A DNA stretch of 52,199 bases from a virus (IMGVR_UViG_3300030059_002282:1-52199); one strand, 5' to 3'; shown: positions 20,365 to 30,870, counted from the stretch's first letter. Program-made: numbers and translations. The notes: generated by a model from the letters alone, not told the origin.

Positions 20365-20844
20365 TTAAAAGACCCCCGCTGACTGTCCCATTGATGCTGA
20401 CTGAGCACCACCTTGAAGGACCGTGCCCATTGCTTTCCATCGACTGGCTGTTTTGGCATTTGCACCCTCAAGTCGTCGGGCGGCTCCTTGAAATCTTCGA
20501 CCCTGTGCACGACTGGACGCATCGTACATAGCAGCCAGTCCATTGTAAGTTATGTCACGGTTCAGTCTGCCGATTGTCTTGGTTGATCCTGGGTCGTCAG
20601 TCACACCTCCACTACCTGCCATTTGTGCACGGACATCAGATTCAAACTTTTCACCCTGTCGTTTGATCTCATCTTGCTCACGGGTGCCCGCTGCGAACTC
20701 TCGCTTGGCCTGACGTTCAAGTTGAGCGGCCTCAAATTTAGCAGCCCTCTCCTGTGCTTTACCCGACGCAATGGCACCACCGGCACTCACTACAGTGCCA
20801 GCAGCCATTAGGATCATTGGGATTGCTGCTGGACCCATTTCCAC
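20365..20844 (-). CDS. Internal virion protein, T7 gp14-like
   Basis: Hydrophobic Ala/Gly N-terminus, central RAQMAGSGG motif, synteny. Confidence 0.7.
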   Translation of the reverse strand: MEMGPAAIPMILMAAGTVVSAGGAIASGKAQERAAKFEAAQLERQAKREFAAGTREQDEIKRQGEKFESDVRAQMAGSGGVTDDPGSTKTIGRLNRDITYNGLAAMYDASSRAQGRRFQGAARRLEGANAKTASRWKAMGTVLQGGAQSASMGQSAGVF

Positions 20845-21173
20845 ACTCCTTCCGTGTTGGTTTCTTCAAACCCTACATGTTTCAAAAATTTATTGGCGGT
20901 TGGTTCGTCTTCATCCGGTGTGGCGTAAACCGGCACCGACTGACTGTCCAACATCTTTCTCAATACCCTCATAGCAGTCACAATAGATCGTGGGTGCTCT
21001 TTAACTTCATCGTCTAACTTACTAAAACATTGTGGTGGCTTGGAAAACATAATGCCCGCCACACCAATTGCTCGACCGTCATGTTCAACAGTAATGCCTC
21101 GAACAGTGAACGGAAACCCATGTCCATACTGCTCGACCAAATCACGCTGAACCATCGGTCTGATTTCCATCAT
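20814..21173 (-). CDS. GNAT-fold protein, T7 gp13 position
   Basis: AIGVAGI...NKFLKHVGFE GNAT-like C-terminal motif; follows tail tubular B. Confidence 0.6.
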   Translation of the reverse strand: MMEIRPMVQRDLVEQYGHGFPFTVRGITVEHDGRAIGVAGIMFSKPPQCFSKLDDEVKEHPRSIVTAMRVLRKMLDSQSVPVYATPDEDEPTANKFLKHVGFEETNTEGVWKWVQQQSQ

Positions 21174-23851
21174 TCGTCCTTCTTCGGTTTCGGATCGTTG
21201 CTCTCATCCAGTCCATAACTCATCGCCTTGATGGTCACAGGATTAACTGCCTGAAGATGGATGCGCGGATCGGTGGTCATTGTGCCGTCAAATGGAAATG
21301 GTCGCTGATCATACGTTGAGAGTGTCGCTGTTAGCACTACTGATTTACCGTCCTCAATGTCAGGGAATGCGGCTAGGGTTGATGAGTCCGGTCCAACGGT
21401 CAAACCGTCAGGCCAATAGTCTTCCAGAATGAAACCTGTGTTGACGACTCGCTTGTCATAGGTCAGCGTTGAAAATTGACCGTTGCCCAATTTGCTCGAT
21501 GTCCAGTCGCCCGTGTAACGCAGTCCAACGACAACGTTGGTGTAAATACCACCGACAGTGATCTGATTGCTGGACACGGTGTAAGTACCCTCGTAGGCAC
21601 CATCTGCCCACACATGGACAACCTCACCTTCTAAATGATTCAAACCAGTTAAGGTGGAGCTACCTGGGGAAACATACGTCTTGGATGAGTCAGTGTGCTT
21701 TGAGATCGTACCACCCGCCACCTCACTGAATAGTGCCAGTTTTTCAAGGTAATGACCATTCTCGCGTAGAACTGTGAAATACACACGGTCCTCGGTGGTA
21801 CTGGGTAGTACGGTGACATCAGTGATCGTGTCACCCGTGCCGCCAGTCTCGATCCGACTCCATGCCGCCACTTCTTCTGATTTGTCGAGCAATAGCACTC
21901 GCGCTGTACCGTCATCGAGCACAACATACACCCGCACTTCAGGTTGCATGGTAACGGCCAGTCGTTTGATACCGGCTGATAAAATGTCAGGATTGAGCAC
22001 AGTCAGGTCTGCTGAGTCGTGGAAATCCTGATTGAAGTCATAATTCAATTCGTACAACTTTTTCAATGATCGCTGGGCGAAGTACCCACGGTTGTTAATC
22101 GTGACAGAATCTACAGTCCCTGCACCCTGACTGGAACCTCGCTTGATGTTTGCGTTACTTGGCGTAAGCACATCGCCAAAGCTGTTGGATCGGATCGACA
22201 GTTCGTCTGACGCGATACCCATCAGCAGACGATTCAATGGCATCAACCATTCAATATTATCCACCGGCCCAAAGCCTATCGTCTTAGGTATTGCGGCTGA
22301 GTCACCAAGCAGGTCGTCGTCATACGAGCTGAAAGCGTCAGAGACTGATCCCCAAGCCTTTGATCGACCACCCCACCATAATCTACCCTCATACAGCGCA
22401 ACGGCTGTGGGGTATCCTGACGTGCCGTCTGAGGTGGTATTCCATTCACCTCGATACCAATTACGGGTGGCAGCTGTCCGACCAAATGCCACAAATGTAT
22501 TAATGGATACTACGGTAGTTGATGTGTAACCGGTGACCAAGCCAACACCCTCAATTGAACCACCTTCGTACTCAAGTGAAGCAACAATAGTGCCGGATGT
22601 AAAGTTACCAGTCTTACAATGTAGTCGGTAATACAGTAGCGAATTGTCAAACCCATCATCATAGTTTTTACTTTGATTGGTGGCATAGTTTTCAACGTCC
22701 GTCCACGTTGCATCGTCAGTGGACCGTTGCAACGTTAGTGTGGCAGTGTATGTGCCTGTGGCCGTAAGGATAAATACTCTGGAGGCACCAACACCTGTAA
22801 CACGGATTGAGTCGGTGCCTGTGTCCTCAGCAGTCAGTGATGCCGTAACCTCTTGACCCTGTGACACCAGCTGGAAGATCGATCCAATATCGTTGGAATT
22901 GAAATACCCTTTGTTGGCCGTCAATGTCGTAGAGCCAGATAGTGCTCCGGCTGTCAGCGTCAGGTCACTTGTGTTCACAAATCCCCACGGACCATCCGTT
23001 GGTTTGAAATCAACAATCGACCATGACTTTATGCCACGACGCTCGATCTTAAACTGCTGACCCGAACTGAATGCGATAAAGACCACATCGGCTGACTGGG
23101 AGTATCTGATCGATGATAAGTTCGCTTCTGCAATGGTCGTGGGTAGTGAGAATGTTGCAGCAGTTTCAAATACTACACTGTCAACCAGTGCACGCTGTTT
23201 GGTGGAGTTGCTAAAGGTGATGTCTATATCGTCGGTCGGTGTGAAAACCAACGAGTGAGTACCAGGTGACAGTATTCCTGAGAAAATGTCCTTGGTATGA
23301 GCAGCAGCAGCAGTGTTACCAATTTCGACAAGCACAGGGGCATCTTTAATTATGATCCTCACACGGTGTTCTGCCGGAGAACCATCCCATGATCCTGTAG
23401 TCTGCCATCGAACGGCTGACGTTGCACCAGTGCCTGTCAACGCCATGTATCCACCGGTTAAAAACGCACTGGTGGACCCTGACTCATCAGCGTCTGTCCA
23501 GCTGGTTAAGTTGCTGGTGAACGTTCCATTAGCAATCGTGGTGTCAACCGTTGAGGTGGTCAGGAGTGCATCAGACACCCACACTCTCATCAGGTTATCA
23601 GTGAATTCAAGCAGTGCAGTGTCGGTAGTCGAGGAAATGAATGGAATGGTGTATGAAGCGGAGGCATCTGCAACAGCACCTAAGTATTCAGTCCCAGGTC
23701 GAAGCATCATCGGGCCCAATCGTATGGGCATAAAGTTGCACATAAGACTACCGGAATTGGTAATCTTGGTTATGTCATCACGGGCTTCAGATAGTGTATC
23801 TATCTCACCTCGATTGAACTTGTTGAAATATTGTCGAACTGGTACTGACAT
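21170..23851 (-). CDS. Tail tubular protein B / nozzle (T7 gp12-like)
   Basis: N-terminal FNRGEI...NFMPIRLGPMMLRPGT; YSQSADV; YPTAVALYEGRLWW; VAAWSR. Confidence 0.85.
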   Translation of the reverse strand: MSVPVRQYFNKFNRGEIDTLSEARDDITKITNSGSLMCNFMPIRLGPMMLRPGTEYLGAVADASASYTIPFISSTTDTALLEFTDNLMRVWVSDALLTTSTVDTTIANGTFTSNLTSWTDADESGSTSAFLTGGYMALTGTGATSAVRWQTTGSWDGSPAEHRVRIIIKDAPVLVEIGNTAAAAHTKDIFSGILSPGTHSLVFTPTDDIDITFSNSTKQRALVDSVVFETAATFSLPTTIAEANLSSIRYSQSADVVFIAFSSGQQFKIERRGIKSWSIVDFKPTDGPWGFVNTSDLTLTAGALSGSTTLTANKGYFNSNDIGSIFQLVSQGQEVTASLTAEDTGTDSIRVTGVGASRVFILTATGTYTATLTLQRSTDDATWTDVENYATNQSKNYDDGFDNSLLYYRLHCKTGNFTSGTIVASLEYEGGSIEGVGLVTGYTSTTVVSINTFVAFGRTAATRNWYRGEWNTTSDGTSGYPTAVALYEGRLWWGGRSKAWGSVSDAFSSYDDDLLGDSAAIPKTIGFGPVDNIEWLMPLNRLLMGIASDELSIRSNSFGDVLTPSNANIKRGSSQGAGTVDSVTINNRGYFAQRSLKKLYELNYDFNQDFHDSADLTVLNPDILSAGIKRLAVTMQPEVRVYVVLDDGTARVLLLDKSEEVAAWSRIETGGTGDTITDVTVLPSTTEDRVYFTVLRENGHYLEKLALFSEVAGGTISKHTDSSKTYVSPGSSTLTGLNHLEGEVVHVWADGAYEGTYTVSSNQITVGGIYTNVVVGLRYTGDWTSSKLGNGQFSTLTYDKRVVNTGFILEDYWPDGLTVGPDSSTLAAFPDIEDGKSVVLTATLSTYDQRPFPFDGTMTTDPRIHLQAVNPVTIKAMSYGLDESNDPKPKKDE

Positions 23852-23853
23852 AA

Positions 23854-25605
23854 CTATGGTCTTCCATTATATGAACCACGTCGGTCAGACGCTCGTGCCC
23901 TAACCCACCCGCCATCGCTAATCATTTGAGGTGGTCCACTCATTGCATCGGTGGACTGGGCTTCGCGTTCGTATCGCTCCAGTCTTTCCCATGCATTAGC
24001 CATAGCTTCAGGTGCTAACTTGGGGCCAATATCTACAGCCATTTGAGCAGCCACTAGATTGGTAAAATATTGTGGCCAGCTGCTAGGGGTCGTGAGGAAT
24101 GTCGTGCTGATATATTTCACATAGATCGTATCGAGACTGCAATACCAGTAGTCACCCTCATCTTCGTAGTATTTGAGCGGTGTGGAAAATTGTGCATCTT
24201 GAAACATTCCATCCAACCGGTGCATCGCGGCAGGTTTACGATACACTCGCTTGTAACCCCACCCAGGTTCGAGAGATGGATCGTAGGTGATTTCATCGCT
24301 GACTACACCAAACTTCCAACCCACATCCTCAAGCACTGTATTGACCAGCCCCATGCCGACACATACGTCGGCCTTGGATCGGCGTAACGAGTCGTCGTCG
24401 TTAGACACAATCTCATCAAGGCCCAGTATGAAGAATGCCTTGTTGTACACCTTACGCCATGTGTCGTCGAGCGTAGCTGTAGATCGTGATGGTCGAGCTT
24501 GGACTTCCTTGTATCCCTCGTGCTGGATCAGGAACTGGAGTCTTGTTTCAAATTCTTTACGGATGTCACTTCGAATCTCAGCTGACTCAACAAATCGATT
24601 TTTAACCTGATCGGCCAGATACGCTGACAACAACTGCTTGTAAGCAGGAGTCCAGTCACTGGTCTCTGGACTGCTCGATACGAACCTCAAATAGATTATG
24701 GAGTATTCAGTGGCAATCGTTCGGGCTTCAAGCAAGTATCTACTGATCGGCTCATCCATCAACTCATCAGCATGTACCTCACAGAACGACAAGTAATCAG
24801 CAGGTAGCGTGAATACATTGTCCAGCCCATGTTCGGTACTGACGGATGGTGCTGTTAATTTATTCGTTTCGAGTGCGAACCTCGGTTTGGCAACTTCGTA
24901 CAAATAATTAACAGCACCACCGTCAATAACAGCGTCTAAATCAACTCGTTCTTCAGACTCATCAGCATTGCTGAAGATGTGCTGCTTACCCAGCAGTGTC
25001 ATTGCACCGTTGTAGACGTTCAGATAGTCAGCTGTGAGTGTGAAGGTTGCGGCTAAAGGGCGGTTGGGCAACTCCTTAACGCCTTCCAGCTGAATTGCAG
25101 CATTGACTCTGGCGAGGAATAGTTCTTCCAACATTGCCAGCTTCTGTGGCGCCCACCTGGGTGCGATCTGCTTGGCAATGTACGCCGTGACAACATTCGC
25201 AAAAGTGGGTGTCCACACTGTCAGGGCTTGGGCATCACTGATATACCTCAACCAGACGTTTGTGGCGACTGCACAGGCTACCGTCTGCTTTTCGATCAGG
25301 TAGCGGTCAATTGGTTCTTGTAGGGTTGCTTCACTGAACAATGAGTACAGCGATATGTAGTCAGCAGGGAATGAATACTCATAGGCCAATCCATGATTGG
25401 TCGGTGTGGCGGGTGACGCGAGCTTGGCTGTCAGTAGTGCAAACTTTGGTTTAACAAGTTCCAGACAGTATGACGCAGCATCTGGATCGAGATATGCTGC
25501 GTCTAGTGTGTATCGACTAGGTACGTCCTCGGTGTCACTGGATAGCAGTCTTTCCCCGACAAGGGTTAGTGCATCGTTATAAAGACTGAGTTTCGTGACG
25601 GCCAT
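23854..25605 (-). CDS. Tail tubular protein A / adaptor (T7 gp11-like), three tandem domains
   Basis: Three ~190-aa units beginning YNDALTLVG, YNGAMTLLG and YNKAFFILG, each with a P-AD/AA motif and a later W-x-P/Q motif. Confidence 0.8.
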   Translation of the reverse strand: MAVTKLSLYNDALTLVGERLLSSDTEDVPSRYTLDAAYLDPDAASYCLELVKPKFALLTAKLASPATPTNHGLAYEYSFPADYISLYSLFSEATLQEPIDRYLIEKQTVACAVATNVWLRYISDAQALTVWTPTFANVVTAYIAKQIAPRWAPQKLAMLEELFLARVNAAIQLEGVKELPNRPLAATFTLTADYLNVYNGAMTLLGKQHIFSNADESEERVDLDAVIDGGAVNYLYEVAKPRFALETNKLTAPSVSTEHGLDNVFTLPADYLSFCEVHADELMDEPISRYLLEARTIATEYSIIYLRFVSSSPETSDWTPAYKQLLSAYLADQVKNRFVESAEIRSDIRKEFETRLQFLIQHEGYKEVQARPSRSTATLDDTWRKVYNKAFFILGLDEIVSNDDDSLRRSKADVCVGMGLVNTVLEDVGWKFGVVSDEITYDPSLEPGWGYKRVYRKPAAMHRLDGMFQDAQFSTPLKYYEDEGDYWYCSLDTIYVKYISTTFLTTPSSWPQYFTNLVAAQMAVDIGPKLAPEAMANAWERLERYEREAQSTDAMSGPPQMISDGGWVRARASDRRGSYNGRP

Positions 25606-25612
25606 ACATTAC

Positions 25613-26071
25613 CTACCCCTTGAGTTCTGCAAGATACTTGTCCAACCAGTTAGCAGCTTCCTGCTTAGTTGGAATCAATTCCTTAATAAACTCACCGTCG
25701 CTTAGGCGTTGAACACACCACTTTTGCTGACCGCGCATAGTGAGTTGGTAATCTTTTGCAGCCACTCCAGCTTGGACGACGTGCACATTCTCAAGTTCGA
25801 CATAGTTAATCATCTTGAGTCGGATATTGGCGCTGTCAGTGTACGTTACTAGCAACTGGGCGCGGTATGCAAAGTCGTCAGGTATGACGCGAATCTCTGC
25901 GCCAATCTGCATCTTTGTAACAACAAAGACCCAAAAAGCTGGGTCCAATAATTCTTCAGGTGTTGTACCACTTGGAACCCTGCAACTGAATTGCTGGTAT
26001 GCATGGATGCCAAATTCCAATGCTGAGGGCTTGAGTGGATCGATGGTACTTTCCTTAACTGCTTCCGACAT
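25613..26071 (-). CDS. Hypothetical protein in head-tail module
   Basis: 152-aa ORF with ggag RBS. Confidence 0.7.
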   Translation of the reverse strand: MSEAVKESTIDPLKPSALEFGIHAYQQFSCRVPSGTTPEELLDPAFWVFVVTKMQIGAEIRVIPDDFAYRAQLLVTYTDSANIRLKMINYVELENVHVVQAGVAAKDYQLTMRGQQKWCVQRLSDGEFIKELIPTKQEAANWLDKYLAELKG

Positions 26072-26090
26072 TTTTAATGCTCTCCGTATT

Positions 26091-26120
26091 AAAGAAAAAT
26101 GCGCCCCCGAAGGGACGCAC
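26091..26120 (-). terminator. Rho-independent terminator after capsid/decoration genes
   Basis: Minus strand gtgcgtccc-ttcg-ggggcgca-tttttcttt: UUCG-loop stem plus U tract. Confidence 0.85.
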
Positions 26121-26136
26121 CGTTCTTAGTCTTAGT

Positions 26137-26424
26137 TTAGTCAGTGTCGGTTTTTGATAGTGCAGTACCGTCTGACAAATCAACTGAACCGTCTGAGGCG
26201 TGTAAAGATACCACCATATAACGATGTGCGACTGTTCCGCCAGCTGAGTCAATTTGGTCAATAATATCCCCGATTTTTATACCGAGGTCTTGACCGTTCG
26301 TGATGTATCCCGATGCTCGCACAGCAGTAGCTGCGTCTGCATCGTCATACAACCAAAAACTACCACCGTTCTTACCAACCGCTTGAGTGACAAGAACAGG
26401 AGGATTGCTTGTTGCGTATGCCAT
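26137..26424 (-). CDS. Putative head decoration/cement protein
   Basis: 95 aa directly after the capsid gene, strong RBS agggag, before the terminator. Confidence 0.6.
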   Translation of the reverse strand: MAYATSNPPVLVTQAVGKNGGSFWLYDDADAATAVRASGYITNGQDLGIKIGDIIDQIDSAGGTVAHRYMVVSLHASDGSVDLSDGTALSKTDTD

Positions 26425-26437
26425 TTTTCAGTCTCCC

Positions 26438-27268
26438 TTATGACAATGCAGAATCGTCGTGAGTCATTTCGACCACACCAGCATTCTGTAAAAGTTTTGA
26501 ACCCATGTACGTTGAGCATCGTGCCCATGACTTGTCGTTCTTTTCGTCATAGCCAACAAACGTAGCAAGGCGTTCTTTGTCCATCGCGTGACCGATGGCG
26601 TTTTGTGAATACATGAAGCACTTGGCGCTCGATGTACCTACACCAGACGCTTCAGGATCGATGATCCAGTTCACGCCATACCATTTGAATGCGTCGTCCG
26701 TAGACACACCTTCAAAGGGTGGGAGATTGATGTAGTCTTTCGACGCAAACTCTTTCAGACCCATCAGGTAGCCGTGGAAGGCTGGTGTGATGAGTGCGAA
26801 TACTGGGGCATCGCGGGTTGCAAATGCATTGCTCAGTTTGGTCTTCGCTTTGGTAACGAGAGTCAAAGTAGCGGCTGCTGCTGATCCCCAGGTTACTGTC
26901 GCTGCATCGAGTGCAGTACGAATGTCGTTATCGATCTTACGATTGATAACAGCCATTGATGTCATCTGCATAATTTGACGACCGTTGCCTTGTGAAGCAA
27001 ACAGGTTGAAATTAGTGCGTTCGGGGACATCATGCCATTCCGCTAAGGTAGCGGCTGGTTGAGTGAGGTTGTCGGGACGGGTTGGAATGTCACCATTCAC
27101 ACCGCGAGTAACCGCTGTAGCACCACCAGAATCAGCAACAAGGAAAGTTGCAGTATTGCCGTTAATCTCAGTTTCAGTGACCGTTGTATTGCGTAACAAC
27201 GACTGACGCTTTTCAAAACCAGCAACAAACTCCTGACGGTACATGGTTTGATACGCTGTATCTGCCAT
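26438..27268 (-). CDS. Major capsid protein (BPP-1/T7-like)
   Basis: YRQEFVAGFEKRQSLLRNT N-terminus, AVINRKIDNDI spine helix, C-terminal GSKLLQNAGVVEM; follows scaffold. Confidence 0.85.
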   Translation of the reverse strand: MADTAYQTMYRQEFVAGFEKRQSLLRNTTVTETEINGNTATFLVADSGGATAVTRGVNGDIPTRPDNLTQPAATLAEWHDVPERTNFNLFASQGNGRQIMQMTSMAVINRKIDNDIRTALDAATVTWGSAAAATLTLVTKAKTKLSNAFATRDAPVFALITPAFHGYLMGLKEFASKDYINLPPFEGVSTDDAFKWYGVNWIIDPEASGVGTSSAKCFMYSQNAIGHAMDKERLATFVGYDEKNDKSWARCSTYMGSKLLQNAGVVEMTHDDSALS

Positions 27269-27416
27269 TTCAAAATACCTTCTAAAAGTGAATTGAGTTA
27301 ATTAAAACCATCTGCTTCGAGTTAGCTGTCAGTCGCTTTATGTGAGTTGGCCCGATAGGATCGGGGGTCACTTTTGCAAACCTCAAGGGTCTAAACAATC
27401 GGTACTGTTTCACATC

Positions 27417-28334
27417 CTACTGCAAATTATTGCGAGCATCAATCAATTGAATGTAGCGATCTTGGGATGCCTTATCTTTAAACCACTCTGGCGTGCCCAT
27501 GCGAGCCTCCAGTGCAGCCACTTCATCTTGAATGGCCTGCATGGGATTTGCGCTGTTAGGGACCACTGTGGCCGCTGGACTGAGCTTTCGTGCCCAATCT
27601 GCCAGTGCGATGAGCATTTCAGGTGAATTCATCACCTTCCGGCCATCAGCCATTGTTGCATGGGCGAAGTTCTCTCGGACAGACTCAGGCAGTCCATTGA
27701 GCAACGTCCCTACAATCAGGTTTTTGTTGACCTCATAATCGCCTTTCCACGCTGTACGCACCTGAGAGTCGGCCTCTTTGCGCCAACCCTCTTGTTGAAT
27801 CTCAAGAGCGTGATACTGTTGAGCCTGACCTTCGAGCATGGCATTGGTCAGTTTTGATACCGCATCCCCTGACAGATTCAGTGCATGGGCCACGGGGTAC
27901 ACATTACCCAGCACCTCGTTGTCTTCTTCACCCAGCACCAAACCTTCGTCCAATGCCACGCTGTATTCTTCAGCCTTGGCAGGAATACCCTGATCGGCCC
28001 TGAAAGTCGCCCACTGCTCGTCTGTGGAATGCTCGTCAGGAGTTGCGGCCGCCTCAATCTGACCGGTGCGAATCTTATCCTGTGCAGCAAAATAGTTGTC
28101 AACCAGTCCGTTGATGTTGCTCACACGGCCCAATTGGGTCAAACGACCATCATCTACCACACCTTCTGAGTTGGTGGCTAATACGTTGCGCCAGTCGTCC
28201 GGTGTACTGTCGATCCATGAAACCGGATCACCGGTTGGTGCTGGGGGTAATGCTGCTGGAGTGCCACCGTCTAATGCGGTTGGTGCGGGTGCTGCATCGC
28301 CATCTACCACTGGTACTGCTACTTGTTCGCTCAT
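27417..28334 (-). CDS. Capsid assembly scaffolding protein
   Basis: Acidic Pro/Ala N-terminus, PAKAEEY, WKGDYEVN; between portal region and capsid. Confidence 0.75.
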   Translation of the reverse strand: MSEQVAVPVVDGDAAPAPTALDGGTPAALPPAPTGDPVSWIDSTPDDWRNVLATNSEGVVDDGRLTQLGRVSNINGLVDNYFAAQDKIRTGQIEAAATPDEHSTDEQWATFRADQGIPAKAEEYSVALDEGLVLGEEDNEVLGNVYPVAHALNLSGDAVSKLTNAMLEGQAQQYHALEIQQEGWRKEADSQVRTAWKGDYEVNKNLIVGTLLNGLPESVRENFAHATMADGRKVMNSPEMLIALADWARKLSPAATVVPNSANPMQAIQDEVAALEARMGTPEWFKDKASQDRYIQLIDARNNLQ

Positions 28335-28337
28335 ATT

Positions 28338-28607
28338 CTATTCTCCGTCGTTTTGAAGTTGCCCTACTTTGACATTTAGAGTTTTTAAGATTTGCATCCC
28401 TACGAATGCTCGGCCGTTCATGAATACTGTCTGGTCGCTCTCCCCAGGTACGAACAATAAGTCGTGTGGTCTGGAAAACTTGTTACAAATGACGGCCAGT
28501 GCCATCTGCTGTTGACTGGCGTCAGCTGTGCCGGTGTTCAGTGCCTTGATTGCGAGCACTTCACGCTGGGTTAGTTCTTTGACATAAAAGCATACATTTT
28601 CGATCAA
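28338..28607 (-). CDS. Bbp19-like small head-module protein
   Basis: QTVFMNGRAFVGMQI motif; position before scaffold. Confidence 0.6.
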   Translation of the reverse strand: MIENVCFYVKELTQREVLAIKALNTGTADASQQQMALAVICNKFSRPHDLLFVPGESDQTVFMNGRAFVGMQILKTLNVKVGQLQNDGE

Positions 28608-29128
28608 ACACCACCTCCCATGAAACCATTGAGGTCTGACAGCTGGTAACTAAATATTCCCATTGTGAATATGATAATGGCGATACCGATCCACTTAAAC
28701 CCAGGACTGCTGAGGATTTGTACAAATGTGTCGCTCTGTTTGCCGGTGATGCCGGTAAACTTTGCCAGCTTCATTTCTTCAATTTTACCGAATGTGTCTT
28801 TGGTATGCTTGAACAGGGTGCTGGTCTTCGAGTCCAACTCACCCAAGTGCTGGTCAACATCTCGCTGATTCTGACTTAGTGTTTGCACACTGTCTTTGAC
28901 AGACTTCAATTCCGTGCGAATCATTGTGGTGTTTTCCAGCTGTACATTTTTCATATCCTGCTGACTGATTTGAATTTTCTCTAGTATTGCTGACTGCCGT
29001 TCAGCCGTTGCAGCGGCATTGTCAGCATGATCGATTAGAGCTTGGTTATGATCGTTAACCCTTTCTTGCAAAGGGTTTGTCAAATTAGCTAGTGCTGCTA
29101 GAAACTCGCTCCTGTCCTGATCGTTCAT
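28604..29128 (-). CDS. Coiled-coil protein with C-terminal transmembrane helix
   Basis: Heptad-rich body; WIGIAIIIFTMGIF at the C-terminus. Confidence 0.6.
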   Translation of the reverse strand: MNDQDRSEFLAALANLTNPLQERVNDHNQALIDHADNAAATAERQSAILEKIQISQQDMKNVQLENTTMIRTELKSVKDSVQTLSQNQRDVDQHLGELDSKTSTLFKHTKDTFGKIEEMKLAKFTGITGKQSDTFVQILSSPGFKWIGIAIIIFTMGIFSYQLSDLNGFMGGGV

Positions 29129-30690
29129 CCCTGTGACTCCATTGCTTGCATAGCGATCTGTTGTGCCTCAGCAGCCTGTTTTGCTTCCGCAGCATCTTCA
29201 AGACTTGTCAACCATCTCTGTGGGGCGCCAATTCCGGTCACAGCATCACGAATCGCTGATGATAGGTCAATATCATAGCCAATGCTAGGATCAAGCTCTA
29301 TGGCCCCTGCGAGCATGTCACGAGTCTGAGCGTATCTGTTAGCAATCTGCTCATTTTCACTGGACGTTAATGGTGACTCGAACTTAAATTCGACGTTAGC
29401 ACCCCTCAGTGAAGGTGGTATATCATAAGGTGATCCCAACATATTGTTTTGCATGGCGATCTCAAATGCCAATTCACAGGTCTGACCATTGTCTTCAGCC
29501 TCGATAGGCGCGAACAATGGTAGATTCTCCCGTCTGAATTGCTTCATGCGCTCACTGACCTCATACGCAGTCATCTCATGCCCGACATCGGGCAGATTCA
29601 ACTTGTTGAGGAAGAATGCGCTTTTCAATGTCTCGGTGATCCGCTCACGTTCCGCGTTACCGATAGGCCAACCGCCTCGATCCTGTCCGATGGTACGGAG
29701 TGCACCACCCAGTCGTTCATCGTAGGCTTCATCCACCCAGGTGATACCATCTGGTCCCAAGTCCACATCACTCTTGACGACATTGGCCGTAGCGATGATA
29801 GGTGGTCGGGCATACCGTTCGGCAGCTTCCATGAGTGTGTGAGTCATTGCCTGAAGTGTTCGCGCATCTGACAAGCCAACAGTGGTTGCCGGTGAGTATG
29901 CGTATGCGCTGCCTGCAATAGTTTGAAATCTTGGCACCACATACATTTTGTGGTTCATGCCTTGTTGCTCGATGATTACCTTGTTGCCCTTGTCGATCCA
30001 GATGGATACATAGGGAAATTTTGAAGCCAGTTCATCGTCACCCATCATTGTCGTTGGAATGACCATATGCACGATTTCGAGTTCGGTGAAAGGGTCTTTG
30101 TATAAGTTCTGTTTGATGTTGGCGTGAATTTTATCGTCACCAAAATAGCTGACCAAATCACGACGACTCATCTTGGCATTACGGATCACACCACACACCT
30201 GCCCAGTCTCATCTTCGAACCATGCACAGTCGCGCATGTGCCAGCAGCGGAACAACAGACCATTATGCAGCCTGTTGAGTTCAACCGATTTAACACACTG
30301 GCCGAAGGTCACAAAGTCATGGTCACCCTCTTTGGATGCACGAACAAACCCAGCAGTGCGATGGTACATCAGCTTTCGCAATGTACGGTTGCTGTTCTGC
30401 AACCATTCGGTGCCTGCGTAGTCGGGTGTGCGTTCGGCAGCGCCCATCTTGAACCAGTCACCTTCACGCAGCATGGCCGACAACGAATTACCTAAGTCGC
30501 GGCGAATCAGTAATGGGTATGAATCCATCAGGTTGTCTGCGAACTCCTGACCAACATTGCGCGTAATAGTAAAATCTGCCCGCTCGGGGTAGAAGTTATC
30601 ACCCAGTATCTGCCACAGGCTTTTCATCGGTGCCTGTAGCGCGAACTGTTTCTCGGCCAGCTGTAGCAGTTGTCCAACTTCTAATTTCAT
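29125..30690 (-). CDS. Portal (head-tail connector)
   Basis: 521 aa; WFKM, DFVTFGQ, VPRFQTIAGSAYAYSP, MTAYEVSERM motifs typical of T7/BPP-1 portals. Confidence 0.92.
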   Translation of the reverse strand: MKLEVGQLLQLAEKQFALQAPMKSLWQILGDNFYPERADFTITRNVGQEFADNLMDSYPLLIRRDLGNSLSAMLREGDWFKMGAAERTPDYAGTEWLQNSNRTLRKLMYHRTAGFVRASKEGDHDFVTFGQCVKSVELNRLHNGLLFRCWHMRDCAWFEDETGQVCGVIRNAKMSRRDLVSYFGDDKIHANIKQNLYKDPFTELEIVHMVIPTTMMGDDELASKFPYVSIWIDKGNKVIIEQQGMNHKMYVVPRFQTIAGSAYAYSPATTVGLSDARTLQAMTHTLMEAAERYARPPIIATANVVKSDVDLGPDGITWVDEAYDERLGGALRTIGQDRGGWPIGNAERERITETLKSAFFLNKLNLPDVGHEMTAYEVSERMKQFRRENLPLFAPIEAEDNGQTCELAFEIAMQNNMLGSPYDIPPSLRGANVEFKFESPLTSSENEQIANRYAQTRDMLAGAIELDPSIGYDIDLSSAIRDAVTGIGAPQRWLTSLEDAAEAKQAAEAQQIAMQAMESQG

Positions 30691-30693
30691 TGA

Positions 30694-30870
30694 CTACCCC
30701 AACTGATTGTTAGACGCGCCTGTTAGCACAGTGCCTGTTCGACCTTTACCACCATACCGTCGCTGGTAATCTTTCTCCTGCTCCAGTCGTGCCACATCCT
30801 CATCAGGGATCGGCGCAACGGGTTCAGGCTCGGGAGTCGGTGTCTTTTTGGCGCCAAATAATTTACTCAT
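30694..30870 (-). CDS. 58-aa small virion protein upstream of portal (T7 gp7.3 position); not in ORF track
   Basis: MSKLFGAKKTPTPEPEPVAPIPDED...GRTGTVLTGASNNQLG. Confidence 0.7.
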   Translation of the reverse strand: MSKLFGAKKTPTPEPEPVAPIPDEDVARLEQEKDYQRRYGGKGRTGTVLTGASNNQLG

